64,000 bases of DNA from an uncultured Candidatus Rokubacteria bacterium (lineage in GTDB: Bacteria; Methylomirabilota; Methylomirabilia; Rokubacteriales; CSP1-6). Positions within the stretch are counted from its first letter, which is position 1; every line of letters starts with the position of its first letter. The stretch lies in the NCBI GenBank assembly GCA_963762145.1, contig CAVXJS010000009.1, positions 224,001 through 288,000 of the forward strand, written 5' to 3'. The notes beneath the pieces are model-generated. The model searched no databases, was not told the origin of the DNA, and saw only the letters and a program-made list of their open reading frames with translations. A program made the position numbers and the translations under genes. Shown here in pieces: positions 22,413 through 31,450 of this stretch.

Positions 22413-23512
22413 TCATCCCGCGACCAACTGGTGGTAGGCGCCTTCCGCGACGTGATCCCAGGGCCCACCAGCGCCTGGAACTTCGTGAAGGACGCGTGCA
22501 CCTTCCGCGCCATGGGGGTCTTCTCGGATTCGTCCTTGACGACCTCGGCCCCCAGCTTCTTGAGATCGCGTAGTACCGGCACCGGGAGCTGGCAGGACCT
22601 CGACCTTGCCCTTGAATTCCGTCCTGAGCCGCTCGAGCGCGATTGCGTTCTTCGGCGTGAAAGTCCGCGAGGCCATAGGTCCGGGTCGCCGCCGCGGCAT
22701 GGTCGAGCGTCCGCTTCATGTCGACTGGAAGCGCCTCGTACGCCTTCTTGTTGAACCCGAACTCGTGCACGGTGCCGGGCTCGTGCCAGCCCGGGTAGTA
22801 GTAGTAACGAGCGGTATTGTGCAGGCCCAGCTTCACGTCGTCATGCGGCCCGACCCATTCGCTGGCGTCAATCACGCCCCGCTCGAGTGCGGAATAGATC
22901 TCGGCCCCCGGAATGAGGACCGCCGTACCGCCCGCCTTGGCGATAACCTTGCCGCCAAGGCGCGGACCCATGCGCATCTTGAGACCCTTGAAGTCGCCGA
23001 TCGTGCTGATCCTCTTCCTGAACCATCCGGCCATCTGCGGAGCGTCGGCTAGACCTGGGCGCGGCACGAGGTTGAAGGCGGCATACACCTCCTCACAGAG
23101 CTTGAGTCCGTCGCCCTGGTAGTACCAGGAGGCCATGCCCTCGGGGTTCATGCCGAACGGGACCGACGCGAACCACTCAAACGCGGACTCCTTCGCGGCC
23201 CAGTAGTACGGGGTGGCCATGTACGCTTCGATGGTGCCCTGCGCCGCGGCGTCGAAACAGCCGAGCGGCGGCATGATCTGGCCGCCCGGGAACACCTCGA
23301 TCCGGAAGCGTCCCCCGCTCATCTCCTCCACGACCTTCGCCAAACGCTGGGCAGCGCCCTGGAGCACGTCGAGCGCCGGCGTCCAAGCGGTCGACATCCG
23401 CCACTGGATCTTCGGCTGCGCGATGACGTTGGGAGCATCGACGATGGCGGCGGCCGCGGCGGCCGCCATGCACCCCGCCGGCCGTCGCGATGAACCTGCG
23501 TCGTTCGGTCAT
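22413..23512 (-). CDS. TRAP transporter substrate-binding protein (DctP/TakP-like), paralog 2, frameshifted
   Basis: MTERRRFI Tat leader and the same motif set as paralogs 1 and 3. Confidence 0.88.
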
Positions 23513-23524
23513 CACGCCACCTCC

Positions 23525-24622
23525 TCACACCGCCACGAACTGATGGTAGGCGCCTTCGGCGAGGCGGTCCCAGGGCCCAACAGGGCCTGGAACTTCGTGA
23601 ACGAAGCGTGCACCTTCCGGGCCATGGGGGTCTTCTCGGATTCTTCCTTGACGACCTCGGCCGCCAGCTTCTTGAGCTCGCGCAGCACCGGCACCGGGAA
23701 CTGGACGACCTCGACCTTGCCCTTGAACTCCGTCTTGAGTCGCTCCAGCGCGATGCGCGTTCTTCACGTGGAAGTCCGTGAGGCCGTAGATCTGAACGGC
23801 CTCGGCGGCGTGGTCGAGCGTCCGGCGCAGATCGACCGGCAGCGCGTCGTACGCCTTCTTGTTGAAGCCGAACTCGGTCATGGTGCCGGGCTCGTGCCAG
23901 CCCGGGTAGTAGTAGTAGCGCGCGGTCTTGTGGAGACCCAGCTTCATGTCGTCGTGCGGCCCGACCCACTCGCCGGCGTCGATCACGCCCCGCTCGAGGG
24001 CGGCGTAGATCTCGGCGGCCGGGATGAGGACCACCGTGGCGCCCGCCTTGGCGAAGACCTTGCCGCCGAGGCCCGCAATGCGCATCTTGAGGCCCTTGTA
24101 GTCGCCGATCGTGTTGATCTTCTTCCGGAACCATCCGGCCATCTGCGGGGCGATCGCCGGACCCGGGCGCGGAATGAGGTTGAAGGCGGCGTACGTTTCC
24201 TCCCAGAGCCGGAGCCCATCGCCCTGATAGTACCAGGCGGTCATGCCCGCGGGGTCCATGCCGAACGGGACGGTCGCGAACCACTCGACGCCGGCTCCTT
24301 CTCGGTCCAGTAGTACGGCGCGCCCATGAAGGCCTCGATGGTGCCCTTGCGAAGCCGCGTCGAAGCACTCGAACGGCGGCATGATCTGGCCGCCCGCGAA
24401 GACCTCGATCCGGAATCGCCCGCCGCTCATATCCTCGACGACCTTGGCCAGGCGTTGGGCCGCGCCCTGGAGCGACGTCGAGCGCGGGAGTCCAGGTCGT
24501 GGACATCCGCCACTGGACCTTCGGCTGGGCGATGACGTTCGGTGCGTCGACGATGGCGGCAGCCGCGACGGCTGCCACGGCCCCCCCGCCTTCACGATGA
24601 ACCTGCGGCGCTCGGTCGTCAC
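23525..24622 (-). CDS. TRAP transporter substrate-binding protein (DctP/TakP-like), paralog 1, frameshifted
   Basis: GAGGAGG RBS, MTTERRRFI Tat leader, QMAGWFRKKI, EWVGPHDD, YYYPGWHEPG. Confidence 0.88.
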   Translation of the reverse strand: MTTERRRFIVKAGGPWQPSRLPPSSTHRTSSPSRRSSGGCPRPGLPRSTSLQGAAQRLAKVVEDMSGGRFRIEVFAGGQIMPPFECFDAASQGHHRGLHGRAVLLDREGAGVEWFATVPFGMDPAGMTAWYYQGDGLRLWEETYAAFNLIPRPGPAIAPQMAGWFRKKINTIGDYKGLKMRIAGLGGKVFAKAGATVVLIPAAEIYAALERGVIDAGEWVGPHDDMKLGLHKTARYYYYPGWHEPGTMTEFGFNKKAYDALPVDLRRTLDHAAEAVQIYGLTDFHVKNAHRAGATQDGVQGQGRGRPVPGAGAARAQEAGGRGRQGRIREDPHGPEGARFVHEVPGPVGPWDRLAEGAYHQFVAV

Positions 24623-24840
24623 GCTATCCTCCTCACTCGGGGGGTGCGAGGTGCGATGCGATCCCTTCGGGAGTAACAGCCTGATGTGCCGGAGTCGGGC
24701 AAGAGGCGACTGGCGCGACCGGGCGCCGAGCTCGATGCCTCACATGCGGGGAGCGGTCCGCTGATGCATCGCCTTCAGGGCACCTCGTCGGCGCGGTCGG
24801 AGTCGTGACCAGATCAGGGACGTCTCGGTGTGGCGCGGCG

Positions 24841-24870
24841 AGTATATGCGGGTATGGCCGGACGCGTCAA
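24841..24870 (-). promoter_or_regulatory. putative sigma70 promoter of the SBP-kinase-cyclase operon
   Basis: Minus strand TTGACG-N18-TATACT, about 215 nt upstream of the GTG at 24622. Confidence 0.6.
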
Positions 24871-24871
24871 T

Positions 24872-27221
24872 CTACCGCAGCCGGAACACCCGCATCGGCG
24901 TGTCGACGTTCTTGAGCTCCCGCACGCCGAGGTCCTCGACGGGCAGGTCGTCGCCCAGCCGCGTCCGCGTCGCCTCGCTGATCACGATCTCCCCGTCGCC
25001 GGCCTGCGCGGCCAGGCGCGCCGCGATGTTGGTGGTCATGCCGGAGGCGGTGTAGGTCCAGCGCGTGCCCGCGCTGCCCTCGATCTTGGTCGCGCCGAGC
25101 AGCGCGGGGCCGGTGTTGACGCCCACGTGCATCGCCAGGGGCTCGAAGCGCGCGGCCAGCTCGGCGTCCGATCTCGGCGGCGCGCCGGTGGATGGCGCGC
25201 GCCGCGTCGACCGCCGCGCGCGCGTGCTCGCCCTCGTGGAAGATCACCATGAGCCCGTCGCCCGCGGTCTCGTTCACGTCGCCGCCGTGCTTGACGATCT
25301 CGTCGAGGAAGGCGCCGAAGTAGCGCTCGACCAGCGCCGGCCAGGTCGTCGGGCGGCAGCCGCGAGGACAGCCGCGTGTAGCCGCTGATGTCGGCGAAGA
25401 GCACGCTGACGTCGGTCTCCGCTTGTCGAGCGACGGCGCCTCCGGCGACTCCTCGATGAGCTGGCGCACGCGGCGCGGGACGAACTTGGCCAGGCTGCCG
25501 CGGATGAGCAGGCTGCGCTCGAGCTGCTGCGGCGTAGTCCAGCACCTGGCGGTGCGCCTCCGCGTTGGCCACCGCGACCGCGGCCTGGTCGGCCAGCGCC
25601 TCGAGCATCTCGAGATCCTCGCCGGTATAGGGCGCCTCGGAGCGCTTGCCGCCCAGCACCAGCAGCGCGCGCAGGCCCGCCTGGAAGCGGAGCGGCACCA
25701 CCACCTCGGCGGCCAGCGCCTGGTAGGCGGCCAGGGCGGCCCCGCGGTCGCTGCCGAAGCTCGGATCGGCGGCGAGCTGGTAGCGCGAGAGCGCGCCCGG
25801 CGCGACTTCCAGCGCGGCCAGGATGTCGTGGCGGGAACCCGTCCACGAGCAGGCGCGTGGATCGCACGTGCATGGCCGACTCGATGGTGGTGGTGAGGCG
25901 GCGCGTGATCTCGTCCAGATCGAGCAGGCTCGACATGGAGCGGGCCAGCGTGCGCATCGCCAGCGCGTAGTCGTGGCGCTCGCGGAAGAACGTGCGGTCC
26001 ACCGCCCGCCGCACCCGCTCGCGCAGCGGATTGAAGAGCGAGCACGACCACGAACATGAAGCCGGCCGAGAACCACGGCGAGCGCGTGAGGTCCGGTCTG
26101 GGCCAGCAGCGCGTTGGTCCCGGCCAGGAGCAGCGCGTAGGCGCCGGTGATGAGGCCGGCCAGCGCCGGTGTAGATCACCGAGCGGCGGATCACCACGGT
26201 GGCGTCGAAGAGGCGGTAGCGCACGGTGGCGTAGCCGATGGCCGCCGGGTAGAGCAGCATGAGGGCCGAGCCCACCTGCGGATCGAACGGGCTCTGGTAG
26301 AGCTGCTGCAGCGGCCAGAGCATGAAGCAGAGCCAGGCGCCGAGCCCCATCCCGATGCCCAGCAGCAGCACGGTGGTCTGCTGGTTGACGAGCGGCGAGG
26401 CGGCCCGCCGCCGCGTGTCGAGCAGCGCGCCGATCTTGATCGGGAAGGACAGCGTGCTGAGCAGCCGAGAGCACGGCCGCGGAGGCGCGGTAGACGCCGC
26501 CGTTCACCAGCGAGCGCGGGCGCGAAGCGCTAGATCAGGACGAAGAGAGCGCGCCAGCGCAGCGCCGAGCCCGACCGCCACGCGGTAGAGGCGCGGGATC
26601 ACGCGGTGGCGCTCGAGCCACGCGCTCGCGGTCGGCATTGGCCGGATACGTGAGGAAGAATACCCAGCCGTGGATGGACAGGAGCGGGGCCAGGAGCCCG
26701 ACCAGGGCCGCCGCGTACGGGCGCGCGCCCAGCACCGCCTCGGGTACCGCGACATTGGAGACGGCCCAGAGGCACATGTAGAGGAGGAAGCGGCGGTTGG
26801 GCGCCGCCGCCGGGTTCTGCACGAAGACCGCCGCGCCCACGATCAGCATGATGGCCGAGACCAGCGAAGTAGACCGCCGAAGTGGTCGACCAGCCGGCTC
26901 CAGGTCAAGGGCCGCGGCGCGAGCTCGACGGAGAGCCGGCGCCCGGCGCGCTCGACCTCGTAGCGGATGGGCCCGGCGGCGGCCCGCACGCCGCGCGGCC
27001 AGGGTGAGCGGCGAGTCGCCCTCCACCGCGACCAGCCGGTCGCCCGCGCGCAGGCCCGCCGCGCGCGCGGCGGACTCGACGGGGACCACGTAGTAGTCGG
27101 GCGTGACGAAGAAGCCCGGATAGGGACGGCCGGCCTCCAGGGCGAGGCCGCCCAGCAGGCCCAGCAACACCGCGAGGCTCACCAGGACGAGGAGCGTGGA
27201 TCGCAGATCCCACCGCGCCAT
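24872..27221 (-). CDS. membrane-anchored class III nucleotide cyclase (TM-PDZ-multiTM-GAF-cyclase), frameshifted
   Basis: N-terminal TM; PDZ (SAARAAGLRAGDRLVAVEG); about 7 TM ending YATVRYRLFD; GAF (LGGKRSEAPYTGEDLEMLEALADQ); LFADISGYT; DVNETAGDGLM; GVNTG; YTASGMTTNIAARL. Confidence 0.85.
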
Positions 27222-27245
27222 GCGAGTACTCTATACTGCGAATCC

Positions 27246-29345
27246 GTGACCGACCTCAGCGCTGTGTTCCGGCCTCGCGCCATCGCGGTCGTGGGCGCCT
27301 CCGATGATCCCGTCAAGATCGGCGGCCGGCCGCTGGCCTTCCTGCTGCGTCACGGCTATGCGGGGCGCGTGTTTCCGGTCAATCCGGCGCGCGCCACCGT
27401 GCAGGGCCTGCCCGCCTTCCCCTCGATCGGCGCGATCCCGGACGAGGTGGACCTGGCCATCGTGGTCGTACCCGCGGAGCGCGTGCTCGAGTCGCTCGAG
27501 GAGGCCGCGGCCAAGGGCGTGCGCGCGGCCATCGTGTTCAGCAGCGGCTTCGCGGAGGTCGGCGAGGCGGGGCGGGTCGCGCAGGCGCGGCTGCGCGAGC
27601 TGGCCGAGCGCACCGGCCTGCGCATCATCGGGCCCAACTGCCAGGGCTTCGCCCACCTGCCCTCACGGCTGGTCGCCACGTTCGCCTCGCCGTTTCTCGA
27701 GCCGGGCCTCGCCACCGGGCCCATCGCGATGGTGAGCCAGAGCGGCGCCATGGCCGGGATGATCTACGAGATGGCGCGCGCGGCCGGGCTCGGCCTCAAC
27801 TACTGGGTCAGCACCGGCAACGAGGCCGACGTGCAGGCGGCCGAGATCCTGGCCGAGGTGGTCGAGGATGACGAGACGCGCGTGGCCTGCTGCTACATGG
27901 AGGACGTCAAGGACGCGGGGCGCTTCCGCCGGGCGCTGGCGCGCGCCCACCGTCGCGGCGTGCCGGTCTTCGTGCTGAAGTCGGGCCGCAGCGCGGTGGG
28001 CCGCCGCGCGGCGTCCTCACACACCGGCGCGCTCGCGGGAGAGGACGCGGTGTACGACGCGGTCTTCGCCGACTGGGGCGCGATCCGCTGTGCCGATCCG
28101 GCCGAGCTGCTGGCCCTGCCGCAAGCGTTCCTGCGCTACCGGGAGGCCGGGCGCCGCGTGGCCATCCTCTCCAACTCGGGCGGCCTCGGCGTGCTCTCGG
28201 TCGACCTCTGCATGGATCTGGGGCTCGTGCCGGCGGAGTTCACGCCGGAGACGACCGCGGTGCTGCGCGGGGCGCTGCCCGACTTCGCCGCCGCGGCCAA
28301 CCCGGTGGACCTCACCGCGCAGATGCTGACCGACCCCGGCATGCTGATGCGCGTGCTCCCCGCGCTCGAGGCCGATCCCGGCGTGGACGCCATCGTGTTC
28401 CAGATCGCCCTGCTCGGCGCCGCGACCGACCTGGGCCGGCTGGTCGGCGACGTGGCCCGAGTCGCCGCATCTACCGAGAAGATCGTCGCGGTGAGCTGCC
28501 CCCAGCGGCCTGTAGTGGAGGCCTTCCGGGCGGGCGGCGTGCTCGCCTTCGACGACGCCAGCGTGGCCCTCCGCTCGCTCGCCTGCCTGGCCCAGGCCAC
28601 GGGGCGCCGCGCGCGCTGGCTCGATCGCGCGACCCTCGAGCTGCCGGCGGCGCCGGTGGCGCCGGCGGTGCCGCCCGGCCGCCCCGGCGAGCCGTTCCTC
28701 AACGAGTGGGAGAGCCAGCGGCTGCTCGCGCCCTTCGGCCTGCCCCTGGTGGACACCGTCTTCGTCACCGCGGCCAGCGCCGCGCCCGACGCGGCCGATC
28801 AGCTCGGCTACCCGGTGGTGGTGAAGGCCTGCGCGGCCGCCCTGCCCCACAAGTCGGACATGGGCGGCGTGGCCCTCGGGCTGTCGGACCGGGCCGCGGT
28901 CGCCGAGGCGTGCCGACGCATCGAGGCGAACGTGCGCGCCGCCGCGCCGGGCCTGGCCCTCGACGGCTTCCTGATCCAGCGCCAGGCGCGGGGCGCGCTC
29001 GAGCTGGCGCTCGGCGTGAAGGTGGATCCCGTCTTCGGCCCGGTGGTGCTGGTGGGGTCGGGCGGGGTCCTCATCGAGGTGCTGCGCGACTTCCGGCTGC
29101 TGCTGCCCCCCATCGATGCGACCGCCGCCGAGGAGGCGCTGCGTGGCCTGCGCGTCGGCCCCCTGTGGGACGGGGTGCGCGGCGGCGCTCCGCTCGATCT
29201 GCCGGCCGCCGTCGAGCTGCTGCAGCGGCTGGGCGACGCCGCCCGCAGCCTCGGCGCCGCGGTCAGCGAGATCGACCTGAACCCGGTGCTGGTGGGGCGA
29301 CGCGGCGAGGGCGTCACCATCCTCGACACCCTCGTCCGCCGCTAG
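27246..29345 (+). CDS. acetate--CoA ligase (ADP-forming) family protein, fused alpha/beta
   Basis: PRAIAVVGAS; IIGPNCQG; SQSG; STGNEAD; ASSHTGALAG (phospho-His); NPVDLT; PHKSDMGGV; EIDLNPV. Confidence 0.9.
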   Translation: MTDLSAVFRPRAIAVVGASDDPVKIGGRPLAFLLRHGYAGRVFPVNPARATVQGLPAFPSIGAIPDEVDLAIVVVPAERVLESLEEAAAKGVRAAIVFSSGFAEVGEAGRVAQARLRELAERTGLRIIGPNCQGFAHLPSRLVATFASPFLEPGLATGPIAMVSQSGAMAGMIYEMARAAGLGLNYWVSTGNEADVQAAEILAEVVEDDETRVACCYMEDVKDAGRFRRALARAHRRGVPVFVLKSGRSAVGRRAASSHTGALAGEDAVYDAVFADWGAIRCADPAELLALPQAFLRYREAGRRVAILSNSGGLGVLSVDLCMDLGLVPAEFTPETTAVLRGALPDFAAAANPVDLTAQMLTDPGMLMRVLPALEADPGVDAIVFQIALLGAATDLGRLVGDVARVAASTEKIVAVSCPQRPVVEAFRAGGVLAFDDASVALRSLACLAQATGRRARWLDRATLELPAAPVAPAVPPGRPGEPFLNEWESQRLLAPFGLPLVDTVFVTAASAAPDAADQLGYPVVVKACAAALPHKSDMGGVALGLSDRAAVAEACRRIEANVRAAAPGLALDGFLIQRQARGALELALGVKVDPVFGPVVLVGSGGVLIEVLRDFRLLLPPIDATAAEEALRGLRVGPLWDGVRGGAPLDLPAAVELLQRLGDAARSLGAAVSEIDLNPVLVGRRGEGVTILDTLVRR

Positions 29346-29410
29346 CAGGGCGCTGGAAAAGGCCCATCTGCTTCGTTGGCGCATCTGGGCCTTTTTGAGC
29401 GCCCTGCCAG
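29342..29410. repeat. short palindromic intergenic element, related to 44702..44828
   Basis: Inverted ends CTAGCAGGGCGCT...AGCGCCCTGCCAG. Shares GGCCCATCTGCTTCGTTGG with the 44.7-kb element. Confidence 0.75.
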
Positions 29411-29417
29411 GCTGAAG

Positions 29418-29834
29418 TCATGCGAGGACGGCGGCACCCGCGGCTGCGCATTCTTGATCCTGCTCGCCGGTGCCGCCGCCACAGCCGATGGCCCCGATCA
29501 CGCGGCCCTTCACCACGATCGGCACCGCGCCGTGGCTGGCCAGGAGCTGGCCCGGGACCGCGCTGCCCACCTGGGCCCAGAACGGTGAGCCCTTCTGGAC
29601 CCGGTCGGCCAGATCGGCGGTGGACATGCGGAAGTTCGCGGCGGCCATCGCCTTGGCCCGCGAGGTCTCGGGCGTGAAGAACCCGGTGCCGTCGCCTCGC
29701 GAGCACAGCACCAGCCGGCCCGCCTCGTCCACCACCGTGATCGTCATCGGCGTGCCCAGGGCCTTCGCCTTCTCCCGCGCCGCGTGCGACGCGCGCTCGG
29801 CCATCTCCAGCGTGAGCTCGATCATTGCCGCCAC
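29418..29834 (-). CDS. GlcG/HbpS family heme-binding protein
   Basis: ITVVDEAG..RGDG; RAKA; GAVPIVVKGRVIGAIGCGGGTGEQDQECA. Confidence 0.88.
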   Translation of the reverse strand: MAAMIELTLEMAERASHAAREKAKALGTPMTITVVDEAGRLVLCSRGDGTGFFTPETSRAKAMAAANFRMSTADLADRVQKGSPFWAQVGSAVPGQLLASHGAVPIVVKGRVIGAIGCGGGTGEQDQECAAAGAAVLA

Positions 29835-30133
29835 CTTTCTCGATGCACTTTTTGGGGATCCTGCGAACGCGCCCGCATTGAAGCCCGGCCGCCCCGCGCT
29901 GTCAACGGCCCGGCAGTGACAAATCCGGGGAGGGCACTACCCACTCCTGCCGGGACAGACTATAGGTGGGGGCCCCGTCGGGGCCGTGTCGCAGGGAAAG
30001 TGCTTGAAACAATGACGCTCGGTATCCTATGCTCGCGGAGGCGCGCCGTGGCACTGGCCTTGCTCCCTTGGTGCCGGGTGCACCGGCCCCAGCCAGGGAG
30101 CCCATGAGCAACACCAGCCAGCACTCGAGGGGG

Positions 30134-31147
30134 ATGCGGAACGTGCGCTTCGGAATGCGACAGATGGCGCTGCTGTTGGCGGTATCGGCCCTTGCCATGG
30201 GCGGGTGTGGCACGCTGTCTGGCGGCCGGCATAGCGAGTCCATGCTGGCCGCGACCGCGACGGCGTCCACTACCGATCCGGACAATCCGATCGCGGCGGC
30301 GCTCGCCCCCGAGCAGCAGCCGACCGGCGCGATGGTCGAGCCCCGCGCGGGCGAGCAGGCGATGGCCGCAACGGTGGCATTCCGGCCGGCCTCCTTCGAG
30401 CTGATCCAGCCCGGGGCGCAGCCCTCCTACATGGTCGCCTCCGTCGGACGGCTCGTGGTCGCCCAGGGTCCCGCGCTGATGGCCCAGGCGCGCGCGGCCG
30501 ATCCGGTCGTGCCCGCCGACGGCGTCCTCGAGGAGTACGACCCGTGGGAGTCGTTCAACGAGAAGATGTTCACGTTCAACTACAACATGGACCGCTACGT
30601 GCTCAAGCCGGTGGCGAAGGGCTACAACTTCGTGATGCCGGATCGCCTGCAGCAGATGATCGACAGCGGCTTCGACAACCTGCTGGTCGTGCCGCGCGTC
30701 GTCAATAACCTGCTCCAGGGGCGCCCGCTGGGCGCGACGGCCGAGCTGGGCCGCTTCCTGATCAACAGCACCCTGGGCATCGGCGGGCTCTTCGACATCG
30801 CCAAGCAGGAGTTCAACCTGCAGAAGACCCGCGCCGACTTCGGCCAGACCCTTGGCATCTGGGGCCTGGGGCCCGGCCCCTTCCTGGTCCTGCCGTTCAT
30901 GCCGCCGCTCACCGTGCGTGACGGGATCGGCACCGCGGTGGACGGGGCCATGGATCCTCTGAGCTACGTGCTGCCGTTCATCTGGACGCGGCTGGGCATG
31001 AAGGTCGGCAACATGATCAACGACCGGTCGCTCAACCTGGATCTCTACCAGGGCTTCGAGGAGACCACCGTCGATCTCTACAGCGCGGTGCGGAACGGCT
31101 ACCTGCAGCGCCGCGAGAACATGATCAAGAGCCCATCACCGTATTGA
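30134..31147 (+). CDS. mlaA: VacJ/MlaA family lipoprotein
   Basis: Lipobox MGGC; YDPWESFNEKMF.FN; RFLINSTLGIGGLFD; DFGQTLG.WG..GPFLVLP; DLYSAVRNGYLQRR. Confidence 0.9.
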   Translation: MRNVRFGMRQMALLLAVSALAMGGCGTLSGGRHSESMLAATATASTTDPDNPIAAALAPEQQPTGAMVEPRAGEQAMAATVAFRPASFELIQPGAQPSYMVASVGRLVVAQGPALMAQARAADPVVPADGVLEEYDPWESFNEKMFTFNYNMDRYVLKPVAKGYNFVMPDRLQQMIDSGFDNLLVVPRVVNNLLQGRPLGATAELGRFLINSTLGIGGLFDIAKQEFNLQKTRADFGQTLGIWGLGPGPFLVLPFMPPLTVRDGIGTAVDGAMDPLSYVLPFIWTRLGMKVGNMINDRSLNLDLYQGFEETTVDLYSAVRNGYLQRRENMIKSPSPY

Positions 31148-31250
31148 AGTAACCGGGCGCTAGTCGCTCCGGCACTCGCTCCCGCCGCACCATCCCCGCA
31201 GTCCCCCCGCCCCTGACGCGATGCAGTGCAACTCGTGCAGTGTTTTTTTG

Positions 31251-31316
31251 TTGACAGGGTTCGACGGTGCGCAATATGTTGGGGTCCGCCTAACCGAGAT
31301 ACACCACCTATATGCA
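31251..31316 (+). promoter_or_regulatory. nrdJ promoter with NrdR box(es)
   Basis: TTGACA (31251)-N18-TATGTT. GCGCAATATGTTGGGG (31269-31284) fits the NrdR consensus acaCwAtATaTwGtg and overlaps the -10. A weaker second box, ACACCACCTATATGCA, lies 32 bp downstream. Confidence 0.7.
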
Positions 31317-31450
31317 TACGAGTTCACAGCGAGCAGTTCAAAGTCCTGACGCCCTCGCGGCGCCCCAACCCGCTTTTCCCGTCTGAAGTAGGCCGTGTCA
31401 ATGGATCGAGCAAGGCCGTGCTTTGGCCCGCGTTCCTCTAGGAGGATTTC

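Noticed and set aside
21303-24622. TRAP triplication as an assembly duplication artefact
   Set aside because: The copies differ by many synonymous and amino-acid substitutions throughout, beyond indel-type error.
31150-31450. Cobalamin riboswitch upstream of the B12-dependent nrdJ
   Set aside because: No B12-box or GGGAA...GCCACTG-type motifs were seen. The region is explained by a promoter and NrdR box.
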